Shown here in pieces: positions 30,101 to 40,724 of a stretch of 64,000 bases of DNA (its first letter is position 1; each line of letters begins with the position of its first letter). The stretch spans positions 224,656 through 288,655 of the forward strand of contig JAOPTT010000006.1 of assembly GCA_051531975.1 (NCBI GenBank). The letters run 5' to 3'. This DNA comes from Spirochaetaceae bacterium. GTDB taxonomy: Bacteria > Spirochaetota > Spirochaetia > DSM-2461. The notes beneath the pieces were generated by a model. The model did not search any database, had not been told where the DNA came from, and was given only the letters and a program-made list of their open reading frames with translations. Made by a program: the position numbers and the translations under genes.

Positions 30101-31708
30101 GATTTCTCTTCTATCTCTTCTGAAATTAATATCAGGACACCAAGGACTGCGATTATAGGTACCAAGGAGTTTGATTCTTTTATTAAAAAAAATAAACTCT
30201 ACAGAAAGTCTGTTGGAAAAGATAGAAGCTTTGATGAAATTAAACTTGCATTTCTTTCTGGGAAGCTCTCAAATGGACTTGAACATAAATTAGCAACATA
30301 TCTTGATCAGATTAAAAATCCAATTGCTGTACGATCTTCTAGTTTATCAGAAGACTCTTTTACCCAACCATTTGCTGGGGTTTTTCATACTTATATTCTC
30401 CCTAATACCTGTGAAGATAAGGCTCTTACCCTCGAAAAATTGAAAGATTCTGTAAAGCTTGTTTTTGCATCAGTTTTTTCCGACGAAGCACAGGAGTACT
30501 ACAAGGCCATTAATCACAGAATGGAAGGGGAAAAGATGGCTGTTGTATTACAAGAACTTGTAGGAAACCATTACGGCGATTATTATTACCCACATATTAG
30601 CGGAACAGCCTGTTCTTATAACTACTATCCCGTGGCTGATATGAAACCGGAAGAGGGATTCGCCATGACAGCTTTAGGCCTTGGTTCCTATGTCTCCGAT
30701 GGAATGTGTTCCTACCGTTTTTCACCAAAATATCCAAAGGTTGATATGTATACAAATAAAGATCTGATTAACAGTTCTCAGGTTAAATTTTATGCTGTAG
30801 ATTGTACTAAAAATAATATGAACTATGAAGTTGATGGAGAACTCGCATCTCTTGTACTGCTTAACATAAGTGAGGCTGAAAAACATGGATCTCTAAAACA
30901 CTGTGTTTCGGTTTATGATCAGCAGAATGATAGAATTGTTCCAGGACTTTCTGCGGCTGGACCAAGAATATTAAATTTTGCAAATATACTTAAATACGAT
31001 TATATCCCTTTGGCTAAAACTTTAGAAATTATTCTTAATACTATTAAAGAAGCATTTGGATCTCCAGTAGAAATTGAATTTGCTGTGGATCTTAATGAAG
31101 CAGAAAATGGATTACCAACGTTCTATCTTCTTCAAACAAAACCTATGGTTGAAAGCAGAGGGAGCATACACTTTGATCTTGAGCAATTTGGGAAGTCTGA
31201 AGCTCTTCTATACACAGAAACAAGTCTAGGTAATGGCGAAATAAAAGATATTTTTGATATTATATATGTTGATAAAGATGCATTTGATAAGTTAAAAACC
31301 CTGGAAATGGTAAAGGAGATTGAATACCTTAACCGACTTATGGTGGATCAAAAAAGGCCTTATATACTCATTGGTCCAGGTCGCTGGGGGACAAGGGATC
31401 AGTTTCTTGGAATACCAGTAAATTGGGCTCAGATTTCAAATGCAAAAATTATTGTGGAAATTAGCTTAGATAATTTTCCTTTGGATTCATCCTTAGGGTC
31501 ACACTTTTTCCATAATATTACATCTATGAATATTGGGTACTTTTCAGTTAATAACAAGAAAGAAGCAGAATTTCTTAATTGGGATAGATTATACAAGGAA
31601 GAACTTATTAATGAAACAAAATATTTTAAACATGTGCGCTTTAGGAAACCATTAAGAATTTTAATGGATGGCAAAGAAAAAAAATCTATAATTACCTGGA
31701 ATCTTTAG
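27134..31708 (+). CDS. PEP-synthase/PPDK N-terminal (ATP-grasp) domain protein with N-terminal tandem repeats and REC-like domains
   Basis: LGGKGRGL, AVRSSS..EDS...FAG, MAVVLQE, GLG, VEIEFA, LLQ.KP; REC-like ILIVEDS..VISDI; C-terminal GSHFF. No PEP/pyruvate TIM barrel. GTG start with GGAG RBS. Confidence 0.88.
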   Translation: MVTVVTEDIAEKDSLKLISTIVELTSINSPMNIVLQKVVDEIMSSLSLTDILSVRLIIDGVEYMNSGFIKTYCLEKIILDLPENNSGVFEVYYEKKYGENGDRCFNCLSIIGNILTGYISKNKLDNLYFKNHERVKGINSIQLTNLILKKHNTLSDSLQEICNLLPEAWQFPKYTAARIFFDEKVFESSRFKETTWSLNKSFETPDNKKVEIEVFYLKEFPKADIGPFLNEEQSLLDILASIISGTYSNRSLQELLEHNTERLKELRGINRTSEILKNSSSVEESLEEVCNILPEAWKHPEDTVVRISYNDKIFTSENFRESIWVQHQSFECPGNKKGEIEVFLLKEYAVEDEGPFLKEERDLLVNLARLISGSAGSDVLKKLIFENNERLKELRAINMTSKIISEYKPVDQTMFEITSILKMSWQYPEFTEVKIHYEGCNYTSEGFRETSWNQKENFITIDNNKGYIQVVYLKEFPTSDEGPFLREERDLLINIGKLISGYFNNNKGRDIFRKNVHKQRQIEKPEEYKKMFMTNKRPLQLFFNQQVIDKYIYMDMMKYKVKEILFVATFYDAFILENEDGFFERFMGEIYQYSLFSLPRITGVTTSEEALEMLDNKSFDLVILMAGLDREAPVLLSEKIKDKTPSLPVYILLNQKSNIKYFEAKVTSSKTLDNLFYWNGDSEILFSIVKSIEDRANVANDTQVGLVRVILIVEDSCLYYSKYLPMLYSIVFGQVQRLLPEVEKNELDKICKMRSRPKVLLARNYEDAMYLFNKYKDYLLCVISDIEFDHGGQLDKKAGINFIKYVKSHMVKLPIILQSSNARNKKKAKDLDVFFINKNSDTLLNDLKKYLNSYLGFGNFIFQDKNGQKIAEARTLKEFEKQLAVVPDETLYLHAIANQYSIWLMARGEITLAKTINPMRIESLDNISLTRTQLISIIKDSQDEKKKGKVFRFEEDTLFTEQNIVTFADGSLGGKGRGLAFINTLIYNFDFSSISSEINIRTPRTAIIGTKEFDSFIKKNKLYRKSVGKDRSFDEIKLAFLSGKLSNGLEHKLATYLDQIKNPIAVRSSSLSEDSFTQPFAGVFHTYILPNTCEDKALTLEKLKDSVKLVFASVFSDEAQEYYKAINHRMEGEKMAVVLQELVGNHYGDYYYPHISGTACSYNYYPVADMKPEEGFAMTALGLGSYVSDGMCSYRFSPKYPKVDMYTNKDLINSSQVKFYAVDCTKNNMNYEVDGELASLVLLNISEAEKHGSLKHCVSVYDQQNDRIVPGLSAAGPRILNFANILKYDYIPLAKTLEIILNTIKEAFGSPVEIEFAVDLNEAENGLPTFYLLQTKPMVESRGSIHFDLEQFGKSEALLYTETSLGNGEIKDIFDIIYVDKDAFDKLKTLEMVKEIEYLNRLMVDQKRPYILIGPGRWGTRDQFLGIPVNWAQISNAKIIVEISLDNFPLDSSLGSHFFHNITSMNIGYFSVNNKKEAEFLNWDRLYKEELINETKYFKHVRFRKPLRILMDGKEKKSIITWNL
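27527..28650 (+). repeat. Three intragenic tandem domain repeats, 384-bp (128-aa) period
   Basis: ER(V/L)K motif starts at 27530, 27914 and 28298. Each unit has W..P, F.E..W, (E/Q)V..LKE and GPFL.EE..LL. A degenerate fourth unit lies at the N-terminus. Confidence 0.9.
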
Positions 31709-31710
31709 AA

Positions 31711-32373
31711 ATGGATTATATTAGAATTGGAATTTACAGTGAGCACAAACTTCTACAAGAAGGGATTTGCAGCTTAATTGAAAAAGTAGAAGGTCTTCAG
31801 ATCTGTCTTCAGGAAAATACTATAGGAAAACTATTAAAAACAATAAGACTTAGTCAGATTAATATTCTTATTTTACACCCCGTAGCTCTAGATCTCTCAG
31901 TTATGACCCTATTAGAACAATTAAGAAATAAGTACCCGAGGATACAAGTTCTTATACTCTCAGCAGTAGAGAATGAAGTGAATATTCTGAAAACAATAAA
32001 GGCTGGAGCAAAGGGGTTTCTAGCAAAAGAGAGCGATAGAAATGATTTGTTAGAGGCTATATATACCCTTCGAGGTGGCCACGATTATTATAGTAAATCC
32101 ATAACACAACTACTACTTAAAAAATATATTAATGATATAAAATCAAATGACACCCACTTTGATAATCAAGATGTTAAGTGTTTGAGTTCTAGAGAGCTTG
32201 AGATCTTAAAACTTTGGGGAAATAGCTATACTAATAATGAAATATCAGAAGAGCTCTTTATTAGTGTTAGAACGGTGGAATCTCATAAAAATCATATAAT
32301 GCAGAAGTTAAATATGAAAACAGCTGTTGATCTAGTTAAGTTTGCTATTAGAAATAATATAATTGAAGTTTAA
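31711..32373 (+). CDS. NarL/LuxR-family response regulator with atypical receiver
   Basis: AGAKGFLAK, LSSRELEIL, ISEELFISVRTVESHK HTH. Receiver has YSEH for DD and ILILHP for the phospho-Asp. Confidence 0.92.
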   Translation: MDYIRIGIYSEHKLLQEGICSLIEKVEGLQICLQENTIGKLLKTIRLSQINILILHPVALDLSVMTLLEQLRNKYPRIQVLILSAVENEVNILKTIKAGAKGFLAKESDRNDLLEAIYTLRGGHDYYSKSITQLLLKKYINDIKSNDTHFDNQDVKCLSSRELEILKLWGNSYTNNEISEELFISVRTVESHKNHIMQKLNMKTAVDLVKFAIRNNIIEV

Positions 32374-32391
32374 TTTATTCTTGTTTAATGC

Positions 32392-32428
32392 TAAGAGAAT
32401 TACGTAATTCCTTAAGTGTTTCACTTAA
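32392..32428. promoter_or_regulatory. Palindromic putative regulator-binding sites upstream of gdhA
   Basis: TAAGAGAATTACGTA and TAAGTGTTTCACTTA at 21-bp spacing; palindromes GAATTACGTAATTC and TTAAGTG-TTT-CACTTAA. Confidence 0.55.
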
Positions 32429-32555
32429 AATCATATTGTCTGCCTATTCATATAGAATATATGAGCTATTATCATTTATTGGGTATTTATGAATCTAAAA
32501 GTTTCTAATTTTAGTTTCAATATCTGAAAATATAATTACAAATGGAGAAGAATAA

Positions 32556-33908
<1,353 letters not shown>

Positions 33909-33938
33909 TCTATTGTAAAAAATAACTAGATAATATTT

Positions 33939-33985
33939 AAGCCTCGTCAAAGTGTCTTACAAGACAATAGGCGAGGTTTATTTTA
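33939..33985 (+). terminator. Intrinsic terminator after gdhA
   Basis: AAGCCTCGTC...GGCGAGGTTT stem with inner TGTCTT/AAGACA, then a T-rich tract. Confidence 0.7.
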
Positions 33986-34030
33986 TAAAAAAAAGGGGAT
34001 TTATTTTTAAAATTTTAGTAATATAAAGTT

Positions 34031-34741
34031 ATGATTAAAAAGATAATTATACTTTGTATATTTGTAATATTCATCTCATGTAGCACAATACCAGATTATC
34101 CTGAGAAGTTTACTGGGACTTCAATCCACAAAAAAAGTGAAACTATTAACCTTGAATACTCTTATGTCATGTATTTACCTAATAAAGATAAAAAAATAAA
34201 ATCCTATCCAACAATTATATATCTTCATGGAGCTGGTCAAAGAAGTGTTTATGTTGAAAATCTATTAAACGATGTGATATTTACAAATATCGAAAATATG
34301 GATAGTTTTCCTTTTATTGTTATAGCACCACAAGCCACTTATGGTGACTGGTGGGATCCACAGAGACTAGATCTGTTTTTAGATGATATGATTAAAGAGT
34401 TCCCTATAAATCCTAAACAAATATATTTAACGGGATATAGTATGGGAGGTGTTGGAACATGGTTATGGACCGCAGAATCACCTAAAAGATTTGCCGCTAT
34501 AGCCCCTACTGCAGGAAGTGGTTTTACCAAAGATGCTATAAAAATGAAAAACTTACCTATTTGGGTTTTTCATGGGGAAGAAGATAGTGCTGTACCAATT
34601 AAAGAATCTGAAGTTATGTATAATGAAATTAATAAAATAAATGAAGAAATTGAATTTACTAGATTAAAAGATAAAAACCATGATATTAGAGAAGAAGTTT
34701 ATACAAACAGGGAACTATATTCATGGTTCTTAAGGTATTAA
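34031..34741 (+). CDS. Alpha/beta-hydrolase lipoprotein (predicted esterase/peptidase)
   Basis: Lipobox FISC; YLHGAG, GYSMGG nucleophile elbow, FHG..D..V, His in NHD. Confidence 0.88.
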   Translation: MIKKIIILCIFVIFISCSTIPDYPEKFTGTSIHKKSETINLEYSYVMYLPNKDKKIKSYPTIIYLHGAGQRSVYVENLLNDVIFTNIENMDSFPFIVIAPQATYGDWWDPQRLDLFLDDMIKEFPINPKQIYLTGYSMGGVGTWLWTAESPKRFAAIAPTAGSGFTKDAIKMKNLPIWVFHGEEDSAVPIKESEVMYNEINKINEEIEFTRLKDKNHDIREEVYTNRELYSWFLRY

Positions 34742-34866
34742 GTTTATATTTGTTAACATTTATTTATCCATACACTTTTTTAGCATTGCCCTAATTGCCC
34801 TAATTAACCTAAGTTTAATTAGTTTTATTATTGATATAATGTTGAACATACAGTTATTATAAACAG

Positions 34867-36558
34867 ATGTTATTTGAATTTGAAAATTTTGATCTACTCA
34901 GAAATCTAATAAGTCAGGGAGGAATGATAGCTTTTTTTAGCTTCATTTTTTCAAGAGTCAAATTATTTAGGAAAATATTTACAAAACCTAAAACGACAAA
35001 AAAAGATAAAATAATTTTAATAATCTTTTTTTCAGGCATAGGTATTCTTGGAACTTATACTGGAATCCCGGTAAAAGGAGCACTTGCAAATACTCGAGTT
35101 GTTGGAGTTTTTGTAGGTGGATTATTAGGTGGTCCAGTTGTAGGTTTAGGGGCTGGAATAATAGCAGGTGTTCATAGGTTACTTATAGACATAGACGGAT
35201 TTACAGCTACTGCATGTATGATATCAACAATAACTGAGGGTTTAATTGCATCTTTGCTTTGGAAGTTATTTCAAAAAAGTAGTAACAAATGGCTTTTTGC
35301 ATCAATTTTTGGCTTGGTAGCAGAAATAGCTCAAATGTTAATAATTCTAATAGTAGCAAAACCATTTTCTGACTCAGTTGAACTTGTTAAAATAATTGGT
35401 TTACCTATGATAATTGGAAATGCAGTAGCTATTGGAATGTTTATAGCAATAGCTGACTCTATTTTTAGAGAACGAGAAAAAATAGCAGCAATTTATTCCC
35501 AAAAAATATTAAAAATAGCACACGAAAGTTTGCCTTTTTTTAGACAGGGATTTAACTATAATACAGCTTCTAAAACAGCAAAAATAATATATAAAGAACT
35601 CAATCTAGCTGCAGTATCTTTTACGACAACAGATATATGTTTAACCCATATAGGTTCATGCAATGATCATCACTTACATGGAAGTCTTATTAAAACAGCA
35701 TCAACTCGTAAAGTTATTACAGATGGAAGGACATATATTGCCAATAGTAAAAGTGAAGTAGACTGTTCATGTGAAGATTGTTGTCTTAACTCAGCTGTAA
35801 TTGTCCCTCTTCAATCTGGTAATAAAATTATTGGTACTTTAAAACTATATCGTGATGTGGAATACGGAATTAGCCCTTCTGATGTAGAAACTGCTGTTGG
35901 ACTAGCTTCTCTTTTCTCATTACAAATTGAGAATAGTAGAATAGAGGAACAGGCAAGGTTATTACAAAACTCTGAATTAAAAGCGTTACAATCACAGATA
36001 AATCCACATTTTCTTTTTAATGCTATTAATACAGTTTCATCTTTTATTAGAACAAAACCTGAGAAAGCTAGAGATTTACTATTGGATCTAAGTGACTATT
36101 ATAGATTTAGACTACATGAACCCGACGAATTTATACCTATAGAAAGCGAATTAGATCATGTAAAAGCCTACCTCGATATAGAAAAAGCTCGTTTTGGAGA
36201 TAAATTAGAAGTAAACCTTTGTGGGAAGACAGATAAAATTATATTAGTACCTCCACTGATATTACAACCACTAGTTGAAAATGCAGTTAAACATGGAATA
36301 CAAAATAGCGTTACTGGGGGAGTTGTCACAATATCAGTAGAAGAAAAAAAAGATTTTGTAAAAATTAAAGTTGAAGATAATGGAATAGGAATAGAAGCAA
36401 AAAAACTAAAAACACTCTTAATTGAAAATAGAGGTTGTGTTGGATTAACAAATGTTCATAAAAGATTATTAAATGTTTATGGCGTCAATAATGGTTTAAA
36501 AATTGATAGCAAATTAGGAAAAGGAACAAAAGTATGTCTAATGATACCATTAGTGTAA
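34867..36558 (+). CDS. LytS/YehU(BtsS)-family sensor histidine kinase
   Basis: 5TM-LYT region (ANTR..G..GGLLGGP), GAF, LQSQINPHFLFNA, LQPLVENAVKHG. Confidence 0.95.
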   Translation: MLFEFENFDLLRNLISQGGMIAFFSFIFSRVKLFRKIFTKPKTTKKDKIILIIFFSGIGILGTYTGIPVKGALANTRVVGVFVGGLLGGPVVGLGAGIIAGVHRLLIDIDGFTATACMISTITEGLIASLLWKLFQKSSNKWLFASIFGLVAEIAQMLIILIVAKPFSDSVELVKIIGLPMIIGNAVAIGMFIAIADSIFREREKIAAIYSQKILKIAHESLPFFRQGFNYNTASKTAKIIYKELNLAAVSFTTTDICLTHIGSCNDHHLHGSLIKTASTRKVITDGRTYIANSKSEVDCSCEDCCLNSAVIVPLQSGNKIIGTLKLYRDVEYGISPSDVETAVGLASLFSLQIENSRIEEQARLLQNSELKALQSQINPHFLFNAINTVSSFIRTKPEKARDLLLDLSDYYRFRLHEPDEFIPIESELDHVKAYLDIEKARFGDKLEVNLCGKTDKIILVPPLILQPLVENAVKHGIQNSVTGGVVTISVEEKKDFVKIKVEDNGIGIEAKKLKTLLIENRGCVGLTNVHKRLLNVYGVNNGLKIDSKLGKGTKVCLMIPLV

Positions 36559-37322
36559 TAGTTGTCGATGACGAACTGCCTGCTAGAGAGGAATTATTAC
36601 ATTTATTAGAAGGTTTTAAGTTTCTTAAAATATTTGGATCTGCAAAAAATGGTCTTGAGGCAAAAAATATTTTACTTAATAATAAAGTCGATATTGCATT
36701 TTTAGATATTCAAATGCCTGGATTAAATGGTATAGAGTTAGCAAAGAGTTTAATTGATAAAAATATTGAAACTCTATTTATTTTTACAACAGCTTATAAT
36801 ACTTTTGCTGTAGATGCTTTTGATGTACATGCTGTGGATTATTTATTAAAACCTTTACGGTTAGAGAAACTTGAAAGATCTATCAATAGAGCAAAAAAAG
36901 AGTTAAATAAAAAAGATAATAAGAAATTAAATCATGACAATATTGAAAATTTATTTGAGAAGTATATAGATAAAATTACTACAAAAACTAACAGACAGTT
37001 TTTACCTGTTTATAGAGGTGAACAGATAATTCCAATAAAAATTGATACTATAATTTTTGCTGAAGCTAAAGGTAGATTTGTATGGATAACTACTAGTTCA
37101 GGAGAATATAAAACAAACTTGTGTTTTTCTGAAACTAAAGAAATTCTAATTTCACCAAAGTTTTTTACCTGTCATAGATCATTTATAATTAATACAGAAT
37201 TTATTGAGGCAGTAGAATTGTGGATAAATAATAGTTATAGATTGAATATGAAATGCTCAGAAACACTAATTCCAGTTAGTAGAAGCCGTAAAGATGAATT
37301 ACAAAAACTATTAAGTATCTAA
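36534..37322 (+). CDS. LytTR-family response regulator
   Basis: VVDDE, FLDIQMP, FTTAY, DYLLKP, F..CHRSFIIN, PVSR. Confidence 0.95.
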   Translation: MSNDTISVIVVDDELPAREELLHLLEGFKFLKIFGSAKNGLEAKNILLNNKVDIAFLDIQMPGLNGIELAKSLIDKNIETLFIFTTAYNTFAVDAFDVHAVDYLLKPLRLEKLERSINRAKKELNKKDNKKLNHDNIENLFEKYIDKITTKTNRQFLPVYRGEQIIPIKIDTIIFAEAKGRFVWITTSSGEYKTNLCFSETKEILISPKFFTCHRSFIINTEFIEAVELWINNSYRLNMKCSETLIPVSRSRKDELQKLLSI

Positions 37323-37326
37323 TTTA

Positions 37327-37362
37327 TTACAATTCATGTATTAAAACTTACCATCTGTGTAT
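37327..37362 (+). promoter_or_regulatory. LytTR-type direct-repeat binding site upstream of cstA
   Basis: TTACAATTCATGTAT / TTACCATCTGTGTAT, 11/15 identical, 21-bp period. Confidence 0.65.
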
Positions 37363-37424
37363 AACTACAACATTTTTTTCAAAAACCACTCCATATTTAA
37401 AATATTAAAAATTCGGAGGAAAGT

Positions 37425-38855
37425 GTGATTAGTTTTATTATTTCATTAGTCGTTTTAGTTCTTGGTTATTTTACTTATGGTAAAGTTGTAGATAAAGTAT
37501 TTGGTAGTGACCCAAATAGAGAAACACCTGCTCATAGGTTAAACGATGGAGTAGATTATGTTCCTTTAAAATGGTACAAAATTTATCTTATTCAATTCTT
37601 AAATATTGCTGGACTTGGGCCAATTTTTGGTGCTGTTATGGGAGCGTTATATGGACCTGCAGCATTTTTATGGATAGTTTTTGGAACAATATTTGCTGGT
37701 GGAGTTCACGACTATTTTTCTGGAATGTTATCAGTAAGACATGATGGTAAAAGTATACCAGAAATTGTTGGGATCTACCTTGGTGATAAAATGAAAATGG
37801 TAATGAGGGTATTCTCTGTATTATTATTAATTCTAGTTGGTACAGTATTTATTGCTGGGCCTGCAGGACTTTTAGCAAACCTTGGAATGACTGGTATATT
37901 CGCAAATAAATGGTTCTGGTTAGCCCTGATAATAGTTTACTATTTTATAGCAACAATACTTCCTGTAGATAAACTAATTGGTAAAATATATCCTATTTTT
38001 GGTGCAGTATTATTGATTATGGCAGTTGGTATTTGTGGGGCATTGATTTTTGGTAAAATGCCAATTCCAGAAATATCACTTACGAATCTGCATCCTAAAG
38101 AGTTACCAATGTGGCCAATGTTATTTATTACAATAGCATGTGGTGCCATTTCTGGTTTTCATTCAACTCAATCCCCTCTAATGGCTCGATGTTTACCTAA
38201 CGAAAAATATGGTAGAACTGTTTTTTACGGTGCAATGATCGGAGAAGGTATCGTAGCATTAATTTGGGCAGCAGCAGCTATGACATTTTTTGATGGCGGA
38301 ATTTCTGGGCTTGCTGAAACAATATCAGCAGGTGGTGCAGGATTAGTTGTAAATAAAATTTCCTTAGGACTTCTTGGTTCAGTTGGTGGTGTTTTAGCAA
38401 TTCTTGGGGTTATTGCATGCCCTATAACTTCTGGTGATACAGCTTTTAGATCAGTGAGACTAACAATTGCTGACGCTCTTGGTTTAAAACAGGAAGGTAT
38501 AAAAAATAGACTTTTACTTGCCTTACCAGTATTTGCAATAGGTTTAGCATTGAACTTCATTGATTTTTCAATAATTTGGAGATATTTTGCATGGTCAAAT
38601 CAGACTTTGGCAACAATTGTATTATGGACAACAGCATCATATCTATCTATTAAAAATAGAAATCATTGGATAGCTACAATTCCTGCAACTTTTATGACGG
38701 CGGTTGTAACAACTTATATAATAATAGCCAAAGAAGGGCTAGGTTTATCAACAGCGATTGCTTATCCAGTTGGTCTAGTAACTGCAATTGTTCTTTTTAC
38801 ACTTTTTATTATTAAAGATAAAAAAAACAAGGTTGAACTTTTAAAAGCAGCATAA
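37425..38855 (+). CDS. cstA: Carbon starvation protein A family transporter (pyruvate/peptide)
   Basis: TPA....DGVDY, QFLNIAGLGPIFG, TIACGAISGFH, ITSGDTAFRS; GTG start with GGAGG. Confidence 0.95.
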   Translation: MISFIISLVVLVLGYFTYGKVVDKVFGSDPNRETPAHRLNDGVDYVPLKWYKIYLIQFLNIAGLGPIFGAVMGALYGPAAFLWIVFGTIFAGGVHDYFSGMLSVRHDGKSIPEIVGIYLGDKMKMVMRVFSVLLLILVGTVFIAGPAGLLANLGMTGIFANKWFWLALIIVYYFIATILPVDKLIGKIYPIFGAVLLIMAVGICGALIFGKMPIPEISLTNLHPKELPMWPMLFITIACGAISGFHSTQSPLMARCLPNEKYGRTVFYGAMIGEGIVALIWAAAAMTFFDGGISGLAETISAGGAGLVVNKISLGLLGSVGGVLAILGVIACPITSGDTAFRSVRLTIADALGLKQEGIKNRLLLALPVFAIGLALNFIDFSIIWRYFAWSNQTLATIVLWTTASYLSIKNRNHWIATIPATFMTAVVTTYIIIAKEGLGLSTAIAYPVGLVTAIVLFTLFIIKDKKNKVELLKAA

Positions 38856-38875
38856 AACTGTAAATAGTGATCATG

Positions 38876-38908
38876 AAATAGCGACTTTCTTAAGTCGTTA
38901 TTTTTTTT
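38876..38908 (+). terminator. Intrinsic terminator after cstA
   Basis: AAATAGCGACTT-TCTT-AAGTCGTTATTT followed by a T run. Confidence 0.8.
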
Positions 38909-38977
38909 ATTTAATAAATCCTAAATGTAAAAAATAATACAACTAATTAAGTCATATTTAAATATAATAATCATCAC

Positions 38978-39028
38978 TTGACAGCATGTAACTATGCGGT
39001 TACATTTAATGTAATTAAGGGGTTACAT
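38978..39028 (+). promoter_or_regulatory. Sigma70 promoter overlapped by two palindromic TetR-type operators
   Basis: TTGACA-17-TACATT; ATGTAAC-N6-GTTACAT at 38986-39005 and ATGTAAT-N6-GTTACAT at 39009-39028. Confidence 0.8.
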
Positions 39029-39029
39029 T

Positions 39030-40130
39030 ATGTGGAGAAATTTAATAATCATTTTATTGATATTATCTGTTTATGGTTGTTTAGGTCATAACGTGGAAGA
39101 AGTTGATGTTAAAAAGAACAAAAATTTTTGGTATAATATAATAGATGATGCAAGATGGGCACAAAATGCCCACAATATGCAGAGTTGGACTATTGATATC
39201 ATATCCGATACTAAAGTTATTGGTTATTTAGATAGTTCAAGACTTCTACCTGAAACTGATCCATATTCAAGACAACTAATATTATCATTAGGTGCATTTA
39301 GTGAAGTAGCTAGATTGTCTGCGCTACAAAAAGGTTATGAATTAAATGTTAAATGGATAGGACCACTAAAGTGGGATTCTAGTATTAATAAAGACATTCC
39401 ATTATTTGAATGGAATATAGGTAACATCATAGCTCAAAAAACATTATTGATTGATACACTAACATCTGCAACAGTAAAATATGCAGTAGAGGAGATAGAT
39501 TTCTCAAAAGATGAAGCGAGTAAACTAGAAAAAAAATATTCAAATGAAAAAGTTAAATATACTTTTATTTTTGATACAGATTTAGTTGAACCTATAAAGC
39601 AACTTGCCAAAGATTCATTTAGAGTTGAGATGATTACAGAAAATACCGCAAATGAAAGTTTAATAAATACCCATTATGGGAAAAAAGCTAGAAATGAAAC
39701 TCCCTATGGAATTACTTTACTTCCTAACTTTTCAAAAAACAAACTTGGTTTTATTGAGTTTTTTGCAGGATTTCCCATTTCTACAAAAGCATATGGTAAA
39801 CAGGCAATTAGTATATTTGAAAAAGGTATAGAACCTGCAAATGTCTTATTACTTATGAATACAGTCGGAAATACTCTTAAAGATCAGTTTTTGGGTGGAA
39901 TGTCTATGCAAGGTATTTGGATGGAAATAATAGGTATTGGTGGGACTTTATTACCTTTAAGTCAGGGATTACAAGAATATCATGAAATGAGTGTTTTAAG
40001 AGAAAATTTTCATAATTTATTAGCAGATGAAAATGAGACTATTCAAATGTTATGGTCATTAACTAAACCAAAAGACTTAAATTTCTTAAGATCTCCTAGG
40101 TTGGAAGTTGAAGACATTTTATCTGATTGA
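39030..40130 (+). CDS. Acg-like nitroreductase-fold FMN-binding protein, probable lipoprotein
   Basis: A.WA.NAHNMQ.W, LPETDP..RQ...SLGA, PLSQ.LQEY.EM motifs; VYGC lipobox. Confidence 0.75.
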   Translation: MWRNLIIILLILSVYGCLGHNVEEVDVKKNKNFWYNIIDDARWAQNAHNMQSWTIDIISDTKVIGYLDSSRLLPETDPYSRQLILSLGAFSEVARLSALQKGYELNVKWIGPLKWDSSINKDIPLFEWNIGNIIAQKTLLIDTLTSATVKYAVEEIDFSKDEASKLEKKYSNEKVKYTFIFDTDLVEPIKQLAKDSFRVEMITENTANESLINTHYGKKARNETPYGITLLPNFSKNKLGFIEFFAGFPISTKAYGKQAISIFEKGIEPANVLLLMNTVGNTLKDQFLGGMSMQGIWMEIIGIGGTLLPLSQGLQEYHEMSVLRENFHNLLADENETIQMLWSLTKPKDLNFLRSPRLEVEDILSD

Positions 40131-40145
40131 TGGTAGATTTATTTT

Positions 40146-40724
40146 ATGAGTCGTAAAGAGAGTGAAGACATTTTTTTAGCCGCAGTTGAAAAATTGTTAT
40201 TAAATGGTTCAGATTTTGGAATTAATGCTGTTGCTAAAGAAGCTAGATTAAATAAAGTTCTAATTTATAGATATTTTGGTGACATGGATGGTCTATTAGA
40301 AATATATGCAAAAAGCATTAATCTTTGGAAACCAATAAGATTGCAGATGGAAGAAGGAATTAAAATTAACAGATGGCCAAATGGTAAAGAGGCTATTAAG
40401 TGGTTTTTTAAAAGATATAGGGAAACGATTCTCTCCTCTCCTATATTTCTCAGAGTCTTAAAAGAGGAACTATATAAACCTAATAAATTAACTAGAAAAT
40501 TAGAAATAGAAAGAGAAGATGAAGGATTATTATTAACCAAACTCGCATTAGAAACATACCCAGAACTTAATGAAGTAAATATTGTCGCATTAGGAGCATT
40601 TGTGGCCAGTGGAATTACATATCTAGCCTTAAAATCTACCCAAGTTAATATTTTTAATGGTATAGATCTTTCATTAGAGAAGTCATGGGAGCAGTTTGAT
40701 GACTTATTTCTTCAATTATTGTAA
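40146..40724 (+). CDS. TetR/AcrR family transcriptional regulator
   Basis: GINAVAKEA.LNKVLIYRYFG..DGL N-terminal HTH. Confidence 0.92.
   Translation: MSRKESEDIFLAAVEKLLLNGSDFGINAVAKEARLNKVLIYRYFGDMDGLLEIYAKSINLWKPIRLQMEEGIKINRWPNGKEAIKWFFKRYRETILSSPIFLRVLKEELYKPNKLTRKLEIEREDEGLLLTKLALETYPELNEVNIVALGAFVASGITYLALKSTQVNIFNGIDLSLEKSWEQFDDLFLQLL

Noticed and set aside
27134..31708. Annotation as true PEP synthase (ppsA) or ppdK
   Set aside because: Lacks the C-terminal PEP/pyruvate-binding barrel; gene symbol withheld.
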